DNA of 64,000 nt from Ostrea edulis. Lineage: Eukaryota. Position 1 is the first letter of the stretch. Each line of letters starts with the position of its first letter. Below the pieces are notes generated by a model that saw only the letters and a list, made by a program, of their open reading frames with translations, searched no databases and was not told where the DNA came from. This document shows positions 53,254 through 64,000 of the stretch, piece by piece. The stretch spans positions 9,982,001 through 10,046,000 of the forward strand of contig NC_079166.1 in the NCBI RefSeq assembly GCF_947568905.1. The letters are read 5' to 3'. Both the position numbers and the translations under genes were made by a program.

Positions 53254-53396
53254 TATTGACTGGGTCCTCGGACAACTTTTGTTTTGTTTGACCCTCATTC
53301 GGACATGTCTGTCTGTTACCTCAGCCTACGGCTTCGGGAAATAAATCCTTTTTGGGGTCAAACAAAACAGCTGTTGTCCTCGAGCCCAGTCAATAG
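53254..53396. mobile_element. Palindromic MITE (Crypton-type non-autonomous, tentative)
   Basis: About 41-bp inverted arms: tattgactgggtcctcggacaacttttgttttgtttgaccc versus the reverse complement tattgactgggctcgaggacaacagctgttttgtttgaccc. Confidence 0.65.
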
Positions 53397-55810
53397 TTGT
53401 ATACTTATAACTCGAATGGAAGATCGCGGTACTCATTGTAAGTGATCAACATTCATAAAAGACAGACTAGTTAGTCAAATATCGATTTCAATACAAATTG
53501 TTAACAAAACAATTGTCAATTTCTACTTGATATTTTTGAAGTACAAGCAGCATATCGATAAAGATTATGATTATAGAAATGTACTGATATAGTGCTATAA
53601 AGCATTAAATTCATTTCCAGACTCAAATATGGAAAAAAAAACTTACGTTCACTATTGCATTATTCTTGGAGATTTCCTACATAGCACACATGTACAGGAA
53701 TTCATACAGGTAATCAATAATTCATTTGCCATTTGAATGGATTCATTAAAGTAATTAAAGAAGTAATTGGTAGATTACTCTAGATGCGTATGGTAATCTA
53801 ACAAGTGTACATACATATAACATGTCTTACCTTTAGTTAAACTTCTTGTTCTTATGTATACGTCGGAGATCACTAGAGTATATTCCATACACTGTACACA
53901 TAAACAGTCAGGATTTTAAAAATACATTTAAATTTCAACCGGTTGGACCTCCTCAGGTAAGTTAAATGTTTCCTCAATTCATTCATTTTGTTTGTTAAAA
54001 ACCACAATCGAAGTGGTAAGACCACAAATCTATATATCTTTGACAGGTTTTAAAGGTTCTTAACATTAATCGATGACATAATATACTACTCAAAATTTGA
54101 TAAGGATCACCAGGTTATATGCGTGTAATTTACCACTAACATAACAAAAGACATAAATTTGACCCACGTAGTTGTGTTAAATAGGGCCATAGAAATATGT
54201 CAGGAAAACAAGCACTAAACAGATCAATTTGTGACAAATTCTGTAAACACAACCCTTTTATACAAAAACAATATGTATATATCATTAGGTGCATATTGAC
54301 CTCTTATACATTTTTCACCAGACCGACAGTCTCTACATCAACTATGTATCACGTGATCAAAAAACAAGATAAAACGTATCGTGTATGTATAAATCATTGA
54401 ATTGGCACGATATCCAGATATCAATGCAAGTTGAAGTTAATATAACTTCAAAGCATATTAATTTCTTAATTTGAAAAGTGCTGAGAGCAAGTTAATTGTG
54501 AATTGTAACAGGTCTAATGTTTGCATTGAATATGCAAGATGCGGCGATTTTTCACATACGAAGTTGAATCTAGCCTGAAAAACATATCTTCTGTTGAAGC
54601 CAGAACTTGCTCTCCTAACTTTCCTTTGGCACTGAAGTTCACATGTCACATTAATCAAACATCTTTCACTTAAAAACCTCGGGGTGTCGTGTCAATGATG
54701 AAATTTCTATGTACGAAAACCCTGTTTATGCAAATGATTCCATTGTGAAAGTAACTATACGTGTAGATTAGGGGCGATATCAAGATCACAATATGATATG
54801 GATATTACTTTAGCATGTATGCTATATAAAGAAGAAATTAAACTTTTTCAATATCAAAGAGAATTAATGTAACCCATTTGACAGAAACTTTTACGCGATT
54901 ACAGTTTACCGTTTGACAGCGGTGATAAATAACGAAACAATACTTTGACATTTCCAATCACAAAAGGACTGTACATATGTACGTCATGACCTTCGTCATG
55001 ACGTATTTTTCATTGTGACGTCGTGCAATATGCTAGTGCGGTAAGGTATATTTATGTATAGCACTGGTATTAAAACTTTTATGGGGAAAGCCTTAAGGTA
55101 GAGACCGATAGCAACCACGTGATCAGTAAAAATCGTGTATTTTCACGTGAAATTATTTTTCGGAATTCCGTACATCGCCATAGAGTAGTTGAAAAACAAA
55201 AAGGGGCTCCGAAAGTACATGTTGTTGCTGTGACTGAATCGATGATTGAGAGGGTCGTCTCGACGAAAGATAGAGAAATTTGGCCATAGTTTAGATTAGG
55301 AATACGTCAATGTAATAATAATGGACTAAATGTTTCGTCCGTGCAGAATGGCACTTTTTACCTCACGAAATTCACCACCATGCATAGCTGCGCTACGTAA
55401 ACAAAGTTGTTGATGTAGCGTGATCGTGATGTCCGAGTGCTGCGAGTTTCAATACTGTTTATGTAGTCATTGAGAGTTTAAACAAAGTTTCTTCTGAGAA
55501 GAGGAATTCGATGGATGCATTCAACGTGGACAACGAAATCATAACTTCGTTTGGTAAGTGAAAAAAATGGCAAATTGATTTTGTATTCAACCCACTTTTC
55601 CTCTGCTATTTCACAACGCGATTTTATAATAACATCTATAAACGCACAACTTGGAGCTGTTTCATTTTTTGTGCATTTATGTATTCCATATGTGCCCAAA
55701 ATATAACTCCTACATGTGCATGTAATTGTAAATGGATGTCATGTATATGCCAGATTTGAAAAATAAATAGGGCTCTCACAAGTTTGAGAGGTGGTGGGGG
55801 TGGGGGGGAT

Positions 55811-56840
55811 GTTGCACTAAAATTCTATTTGGTATAAATGATAGTACTTACAGTATTTTGAAATTTCATTGACCTAAGAGATATTTCAAATCTGGGGTTT
55901 CATGTTTCATACAAGCATGTAGGTCTACAAAACTTTATTTAAAATATTTGTTGCACTAAAATTCTATTTGGTATAAATGATAGTACTTGCAGTATCTTGA
56001 AATTTCATTGACCTAAGAGATATTTCAAATCTGGGATTCCATGTTTCATACAAGCATGTAGGTCTACAAAACTTTATTTCAAATATTTGTAAAATCACAA
56101 GCCCCCCTCATAGGCAAATAAATGTATTGTATGAAAATAAGTTATGTGTGTCCTTCTCTTGAACCACACTCCGTAAAGGAGACAGGTCTGATAATTCTAG
56201 AGTTGACTTGTTTTGATATTAATAAAATGAACTGGCAGTTTATGAAAACATATCTGTCATCTCATATTGTAATATGATATTTATGATGTTTATTCACCTC
56301 ATTAGGGACCCGGGGGGGGGGGGGTGTTGCACTAAAATTCTATTTGGTATAAATGATAGTACTTACAGTATCTTGAAATTTCATTGACCTAAGAGATATT
56401 TCAAATCTGGGGTTTCATGTTCCATACAAGCATGTAGGTCTACAAAACTTTATCTAAAATATTTGTTGCACTAAAATTCTATCTGGTATAAATGATAGTA
56501 CTTGCAGTATCTTGAAATTTCATTGACCTAAGTGATATTTCAAATCTGGGGTTTCATGTTTCATACAAGCATGTAGGTCTACAAAACTTTATTTCAAATA
56601 TTTGTAAAATCACAACCCCCCCCCCCCCCCCCTCATAGGCAAATAAATGTATTGTATGAAAATAAGATATGTGTGTCCTTCTCTTGACCCACACTCCGTA
56701 AAGGAGACAGGTCTGATAATTCTAGAGTTGACTTGTTTTGATATTATTAGAATGAACTGGCAGTTTATGAAAACATATCCGTCATCTCATATTGTAATAT
56801 GATATTTATGATGTTTATTCACCTCATTAAGGACCCGGGG
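55811..56840. repeat. Higher-order tandem repeat: 2 x 515 bp, each made of 2 x 139-bp units plus a unique ~237-bp block
   Basis: gttgcactaaaattcta starts at 55811, 55950, 56326 and about 56465; the blocks differ mainly in C- and G-run length. Confidence 0.9.
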
Positions 56841-58509
56841 ATGGGAGGATATGTACAGTTTAAATAGAAGGTAACTATAACAATATGAAATAAATAACAA
56901 TCATGGAGATGTACTACTACTGCACGAGTTCACATTGCTGCACTGCACACATTTAACATACATGTAGTGTTACATATGTAATACTGATTTCAGACAAGAT
57001 TTTAAAAATTAACATAATAAAATACATGTTATGTGTGTAATTTTTAATATATCAGCATTTTAAAGTTCACTGAACATGCATTGAGACACACAATTTTAAA
57101 ACTGACATTGTCTGACACAGTATAATTAATGACTGTGCAAATATTAATTATGATGATTTTTTTCTAAGCATCATCCTAAGGACCCGTGCAAGTTGAAATG
57201 GGCTTCCAGCCAACAACTTCAACAGCAATTTGCCATGAAAATCAGCAAGAAAGGTACAATATTTTCTATCTTAGTAAGATAGAATTTTTCATTTTGACAC
57301 CAGACATCTTAGTGTGGCAGGGTGATCTTTATATCTAATTGAATTTTCTACATTTTTCAATACTAAGCTCTGCTATATTAATTGAATGAAATCTATTCAC
57401 AACATTCTATTGACCAGGTTGTTTGTAGGAATTCACTCACTCTAGCTAAAACCAGTTTAATAACTTTTTCTTCTATAAATAAGTTTCGCGGGCTTTTTTA
57501 TCAGTGCGGGAAATTTGTTTTCGAGGGAGTAGACCTATACATGTAGCTGCCCGTTGTGCCACACCTTAAGGTATATATTTGAAATGTTTATTATTAACTG
57601 ATTGATAATTATGTACGTTGAACTATTTTTTTATCAGTATATTTCTCTACTATGAAATGACCGTTTTTTTGATCAAGGACTATAAATTTTGTTACTTTTT
57701 GAAGTAAAGTAATAAAGTCGATCATATACATTTCATTGGAATATTTTGACTTCTTTAAAGGGAAATACGAATATGAATTTATGTAATTGTATATTTTGTT
57801 GCATATGTAATGTGGTGTGTGATTTGTTAATTTCAGATCTGCCATTGCCTTTAGTTGTTAATAAATTTAATAAAACCTACGTCACTTGGTTATATTAGTA
57901 TATTAGATATTCATCTTTTTTTCAATATTTGAATATACAGAATATATTTTTTATAACAGGTACTTCATTTACATAGATGATGTCATATCCCCTGGACCCC
58001 ACAACTTTACAGGTTACAGAGAAAATTCAAGAACTTCTGCAAAATGTGGGACTTGGATAGAATCAATAATGTATTTGTGAGCCCAGAGCAATGGATATAT
58101 TGTGCAACATACTAAAGTGTGAATTTAATGGAAAACAAGTACATGTACTCATGTATTACATGTCTTTTTTAAAGACAATAATATTGTATAAATATAGAGG
58201 AAGTGTCATTGTTGATTATTCTAAGTTTTTGATATATCAAAATCAGTAAACATTTCTAAATGAAAATAAAATACCAATTTTATAACTTTAATCAATGTGT
58301 TTGAATTTCTCATTTTCTACACACACCCCAACCCCCTTACACACACACAGTGCATATATACTGTGAATGCAATATGCATGCATTCTAAGCTATCCAAGCC
58401 AGTTTTTGTTTCAGTGTGAGACTACAAGTAGGACTCATAAACTTATGAAGAGACATATATATTTGTGAGAGCAAGATAGCTGATATGAGCCTTGAGATCA
58501 ATGGGTCGA

Positions 58510-58853
58510 GCCGCAGTGATGGTCTAGAGGTTAGAGCGTTCGCCCCGCATGCGGAAGACCAGGGTTCAAATCCCGGCCGCGACAGATCTGAGTTGTTGAA
58601 ACAGGTAGTGACAGAACTTCCATTGCCAAACGCTCAGCATCAGGTGTGAATGTCACTGGTCTTCGGAGATGACCTTCAAAACGGATGCCCAGTGTCACAG
58701 TAGATGTGGCACGTTAAAGAACCCTCACTGCTCAATGGCCGTAAGCGCCGAGCAAAGGCCTAAATTTAAAGCCGTTCACCGGTCTTGGTAACGTCTCCAT
58801 ATGAGTAAAAGATTCTCGAGAGAGACGTTAAACAAGATACAATCAATCAATCC
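58510..58853 (+). mobile_element. Full-length tRNA-derived bivalve SINE with 9-bp TSD
   Basis: A box gatggtctagaggttag, B box gggttcaaatccc, core gtgtcacagtagatgtggcacgttaaagaaccc and a (caat)n tail; flanked by atgggtcga at 58501-58509 and 58854-58862. Confidence 0.9.
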
Positions 58854-59066
58854 ATGGGTCGATGGGGTGGAAATCTTTCCATTGATATTAAATATAAAGT
58901 TGTTATTTAAACATATTTGGTGCACTATGCTGTATAATCATATCAATTTATTATAATAGGTAATCGTGTCTGGTTATTATAAAAAAAAATGTATGCAAAA
59001 TAACTAAATATTAATGCAATCATTGTGAGTGCAAAAAGGTCAATTGCAAGAGTACATACATAAATG

Positions 59067-59485
59067 CATTGGCGGATATAAGGGGTGGGGAGGGGGGCAA
59101 CCGGCGCGAGCCCCCCTAAAATTTTCAAGCTTAAAGTAAATCGTGGTCTCTTGTTTAGAAAAATATATACGATAAAAGAAGCCATAATTTCCTCCACTTT
59201 CAGAGAAATAAATGTCTGACAAAATCTTTTGATTTATTGAATTACTTTTAGTGGGAGAACTGCTATTTTTTCCAAAAACCCTTAAAATTTGCGTTATTTT
59301 ATTAATTACACCTTATTAAAAATGACAGAAAATAATAAAAATGACTACATAGGAGACATATTTTAAGCCCTATAAAATCCAGGAGTTTCTGGGGAATCGC
59401 CCCCCCCCCCTTCAAGGCGGCTCCCAGATCCCTGCCTCATACAGTTGCACCCCCCCCCCAACTTCAATTCCTGATCCGCCCCTGA
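59067..59485. mobile_element. MITE with GC-rich terminal inverted repeats
   Basis: Left cattggcggatataagggg; right reverse complement caggggcggatcaggaa; G/C runs just inside both ends. Confidence 0.6.
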
Positions 59486-60748
59486 AATAGCTTATAGAAA
59501 CCTTCTTATTGTCATGTTCAATTTTCAAAGAGGTAATTTGGGAATGTTTAAACATTTTAAGTTAGAAAAATATCAGTAGTTTATCTCTGCTGGCTGAATC
59601 TTTCTTCTCAATGCAATTCATGACGTCTATGTTCCTGCTCATTCTTTCTCCTCCATACCATTCAGTATAATAAAGGGGTTGGGGTGTAAATATAAATATA
59701 AATTGTATTTCAATTTTTTGTGGGGATTTTTATTTGGGAAAACTCTTGATATTAATCATCAAATATGATGACGTATGATAAATCTATATTCTGAGTGTAA
59801 GTGCACAAAGGTCAACAACGAGAACTACAACAAAATATAAGCTAAAATTTGAAATACATACTTTCTGTATTATATTTATCAATTTAAAAAAGGTATTACA
59901 AAGAATCTTCGAATTTCAGCAAGCTGTTTTTGATGGATTGTTTACAACATCTTTTAATAACCCCTTTTCTTAGGAAAATGTGTAGTTTGTTAAACGGGGG
60001 TGGGGTTAGGAATTTTTTGCTAGTTCCATATTGAACCCCATTATAGTGTATAATTTTTTTCATATATTTTACTTACTAATAGACTGATCACTTAATGAAA
60101 TAAAATAAGAAATTTGATGGGTAATTTTTTTGCAGTTTAAGCAAAGGTATGACCCTGTGTGCAAATATTGTGCACTGTTTTAAGGTAATTAGCCAATGTA
60201 GCTCTGTTGAAGTAATGTTGTTGCATGTTAATAATGATTGCTGAACTTGAAATTGATGTGTAATATACAATTATGTGAAAGGTTGTTTGGAACCATATAT
60301 GACAAGTTATGGTCCTTTTTACAATAAAAATGTTATAGCTATATTTGTATATTGCTCTCTACTTATTTTTCTTCACTTTTTACGTTTTACAAGGACTACA
60401 GAAGGTGTTATTAAAATCGCCATATTTCTCAAAAACAAGGTCGATTACCTACATTGATTTTTTATTATGTTTTATATCGAAGCTTCATCATAAACATATA
60501 TCAAAATAAAAAAAATTCAATGGTTAATTTTTTTAGCATCAACCTATCAATCTCTACCTTAACTCAACCGCGCAGAAACGTGTTTACTCAAGTTATGAAT
60601 GAATGGCATGAACTTTTATCAATACGGAATGCTTGAAATCTGATAACAACACCAAAAGGCATTTCATTACAAAAAGTAAACAGCAAACCAGAGAAAGAGT
60701 TACACAGTTTTGGGGGATAGTCCATCATTACACTTAGTCGATGAAGTG

Positions 60749-61689
60749 TCAATACCGGGTATGGCCTCCCCTTGCATCAATGATGGCTTCCACGATGGCG
60801 TTTCCGAGCTCTGTCAAAGTCGTGGGTTGTGTTCTACGGCGTGAAAGGGCAATCTGCAGCATGTTCCATACATGCTCAATCGGGTTCAAGTCCGGCGAAC
60901 GCGCTGGCCAGTCCATACGGACAATTGTCTCTTGCTGAAGGCGTTATCATCCATCAGGATGAACTCGGGGCCAACAGCACCAGTGTAGGGTCTGACGTAA
61001 ACATCGAGGATCTCATCCCGGTACCGCGCCCCCGTCATTGTTCTTCTCTCCAGGACATGAAGATCTGTTTTTCCATCCCTGCTGATTCCACCCCAGACCA
61101 TGATGGAACCACCACCATAACGGTAATGTTCACTGATGTTGGCATCATGGAAACGTTCACGTTGTCGTCGCCACACTCGATGCCTCCTGTCTGTAAAGTC
61201 GAAACAATACCTGGACTCATCGGTGAATAGAACTTGAACCCAATCGTTCTGTGTCCAAGTGACATGATCTTCAACCCAGTCCAATCGCTCTCGCCGGTGT
61301 TGAACAGTCAGAGGGACTCGAACACATGCCTTTCTTGAGTTGATACCTGCATTGTAAAACCGATTCCGTATCGTCTGAGTGGACACATTCACCCCCGAAG
61401 CGTTCAGGAGGTCGTTACGTAGGCTGGTTGCTGTCCAGAAGGAATGGCGTCGTGCCTGAAGAGCCACAAAATGGTCTTGGCGTTGAGATGTCGACCTCTG
61501 ACGACCACCCCCATGTCGGTGTGCTGCTGTACCAAACGTTTGCTGTCGGTTCCAGGCCCTGTTTACAATGCTCTGGTTGAGTTTTAGTGCATTTGCAACG
61601 TCACGTTGTGAATAGCCAGCGTCAAGTATTCCAATACATCTGCCCAGTTGTTCTGTCGTCAGGCGACGCCTTACACGTTGATGGTGCAT
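60749..61689 (-). pseudogene. Tc1-family DDE transposase, internally deleted/frameshifted
   Basis: Bipartite HTH N-terminus, WTQNDWVQVLFTDESR, GGGSIMVWGG and LMDDNA, then a frameshift to MDWPARSPDLNPIEHVW...DARGGHTRY* (stop at 60749). The segments after DDNA and before the terminus are deleted. Confidence 0.9.
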
Positions 61690-62084
61690 TGTGTTGATAA
61701 ACGTAGTGAAACACTCAAGTGAGTTTGAAATTTTAGAAAGAGTCAGACACCGATGAGTAAAAATCGTGCAATGGTAGCAAAAGCATAGACTGTGATGAGA
61801 AACGTATTTCCCATGGCATGAAATGCACGTGCAAGTTTGTTGAAGACGTTTTTGATTTCACTTGGACACAATATTGCCAGTTATACAGTTAATAATTTTT
61901 TTAAACAGAAAAATATCTATGATCCTTATCAAATTTTGAGAAGTATATATATCATAACAATTCATTGTATTTGGTCTCGTTCAATATTTGCTGTGTAGGT
62001 AATCTTCTTATGTTGGAAAAAGCATTGCGCTCTGATACAAATGATGATTATCATTTTTCGTTACATTGTATACTAAAGATACAG

Positions 62085-62490
62085 CTTCTCCATCGTCAAC
62101 CTCCCATATTTGTGTAGCAATATTCCATTGTCACCTGCATATGGTGTTTATATTTCTCAACTGATTCGATATGCAATAGCTTGTTCTGGGTAGCTACTGG
62201 CAAACAAGTTGATGGTGCAGGGGTTTCAACAGTCTCGATTGAAGTCAGCATTTCGCAAATTCCATGGTCGTTATAACGATCTAGTTCGTCAATACAACCT
62301 ATCATTGGGTCAAATGCTGCCTGACGTGTTTCATACCAATTGTTAAGCCGTTCTTGGCACACTAATTTTGACTGCGGATAACTCCATTTATCTGATCAGG
62401 ATATAGGGCTCCCAGCAGGTGTGACCGGTAGACAGGGGATGCTTACTCCTCCTTGGCACCTGATCCCACCTCTGGTGTGTCAAGGGGTCC
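62085..62490 (+). mobile_element. Penelope-like RT C-terminal/3' fragment
   Basis: PYLCSNIPLSPAYGVYISQLIRYAIAC followed by the family tail, truncated at ccacctctggtgtgtcaagggg. Confidence 0.8.
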
Positions 62491-62731
62491 ATAGGACAGA
62501 GCGCATATTTTTTTCTTGCGCGAACTATTTTTGAACATTGAACCTTGACACATATTTAAGGTAAACAAACCTTAATAAATCGTTCCCGTAACAGTTTACA
62601 AGTTGCTATTTTCGATTTCATTTCATTGGAGTTATGAATATTTAAGAATCAGTAAATAATTTGAAATTTGATAATAAATAATAATACATCAGTAAAATTT
62701 ACATAATAAATATATCATAAGGTAAAATTAC

Positions 62732-64000
62732 ATGGAATCTACATGCCAATCTTACACATTGGAAAATTCATCAGATGTGGACGATTTAAAAACCATTAAC
62801 AGAAATGATTTCTATCCTGGTGACTTTGAAATATTAGACAGTCATGCTGATTCATTTTTATATGAAATTTGTCGTTTATTTTCGAATGAAAATAATGAAG
62901 ATGTTGACGTCCTTCCTCTTCAGCCTCTGGAACTTGTACCTGGAAATCAAGGTACCACAGGCACCTTGCCAGAATGTGATCAGAAAGGTAATTCACACAA
63001 CAATAATGCACCAACATTTATCAATATAACTGATGATATAAAAACTGATTTTATACAAAATATGAGAAATAAAAATACGGTCTGCCATGAAACAATTTAC
63101 CACCTGGCTCAAGCAGGAACCAAGAAATGAGACACAGGATGTAAGGAAAATGGACCTAAGCGAGTTGGACAACTACATTCGCTCCTTTTTGTTGGCAATA
63201 CGAAAAGCTGATGGTTCAGATTAGGAACCTGACACGCTGACAAGCTACCACAGGTCAATTGACAGGTACCTACGAGAAAACAAATGCCCATTTAGCCTTG
63301 TAAATGACAAAGAATTTGTAACAAGCAGAATCGTTCTAATTTCAAAAAGAAAGGAACTAAAACAAAAGGGAAAAGGTAAAAGACCAAATGCTGCTGAACC
63401 CTTTACAAAATCAGAGGAAAACATACTAAAGGAGAAGAAATGCATTGGTTTGCATAGCCCGAAGGCTTTATTAAACAAAATATGGCTACAAAATACAATG
63501 ATGTTTGGGATACGAGGGGGCTCAGAAAACCAGAAATTTAGATGATCTGATATTCAACTAAAAAGATATCAAAATGATTGAGAATATCTTGAATACACAG
63601 AACGGGAAACAAAAACAAGAACGGGTGAAATAAGTAACCATCTGAGAGTCTTCCGTCCAAAACAGTCTTCTGTTCCTGATGATCCCTCAAGCTGTCCAGT
63701 CGCTACATACAAGGCTTTCCGACATCACAGACCTACATCTACCATGACTCCTGACAGTCCATTCTATGTAGCCATTAATTATAAGCGAGCTCCCGATTCG
63801 CATATTTGGTATAAAAATCAGCCCTTAGGTAAAATACTTTGCGTTCCATTATGCGTGAAATGGCAAAAAATTCAAATGGAAAAAAATCAATCACTCGGCT
63901 AGAAAATCTACTTCCACAAATTTGCTCCATGCTGGTATTGCATCTACTACAATTCAGCAATTAACTGGCCATAAAAATGTTCAAAGCATTACTAGCGAGC
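62732..64000 (+). pseudogene. CryptonA-like tyrosine recombinase (DUF3504; ZMYM/KCTD1/QRICH1-related domain), decayed, runs off the window
   Basis: From about 63123: LDNYIRSFLLAIRKADGSD*EPDTLTSYHRSIDRYL...KGKGKRPNAAEP...FGIRG...ERETKTRTG...CPV..Y...NHSARKS...QQLTGHKNVQSI. At least three in-frame stops and frameshifts. Confidence 0.85.

Noticed and set aside
55091-57573. Kolobok-like element bounded by ccTTAAggta
   Set aside because: The 10-bp flanking match is real, but the inner TIR similarity is too weak to call an element.
58510-58590. tRNA gene
   Set aside because: A/B boxes are present but continue into a SINE body, a (caat)n tail and a TSD; no clean cloverleaf. The same applies to 19395, 29440, 30395 and 38760.
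60829-61230. 133-aa plus-strand ORF
   Set aside because: Antisense shadow of the Tc1 transposase.
60280-62080. Tc1 terminal inverted repeats
   Set aside because: Only a short gattacctaca match was found between the flanks; the ends and TA TSD could not be defined.

Overview
AT-rich, intron-containing eukaryotic DNA. The repeat families and gene types point to a bivalve, probably an oyster (inference). There are no rRNA genes, true tRNA genes or CRISPR arrays. Main content: (1) The right end of an AcademH-like DNA transposon (1-5588). It carries a spliced DUF6589-type transposase (+) converging on a complete, spliced 466-aa RecQ-like helicase (-); both frames are open across the window. (2) Two paralogous cysteine-rich secreted/membrane protein genes on the minus strand (5745-8436 and 42450-49853). 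The second has a 4.4-kb 56-bp satellite starting exactly at an exon/intron boundary. (3) A short EGF-like single-pass receptor gene (35406-36891). (4) Decayed Tc1 and CryptonA (tyrosine recombinase) elements at the right end. (5) Many non-autonomous repeats: Helentron-type elements with internal satellites, tRNA-derived SINEs, Penelope-like 3' fragments and MITEs. Two repeat families carry minimal type I hammerhead ribozyme motifs. All exon structures and folds were worked out by eye, and family names come from remembered motifs, not database searches.
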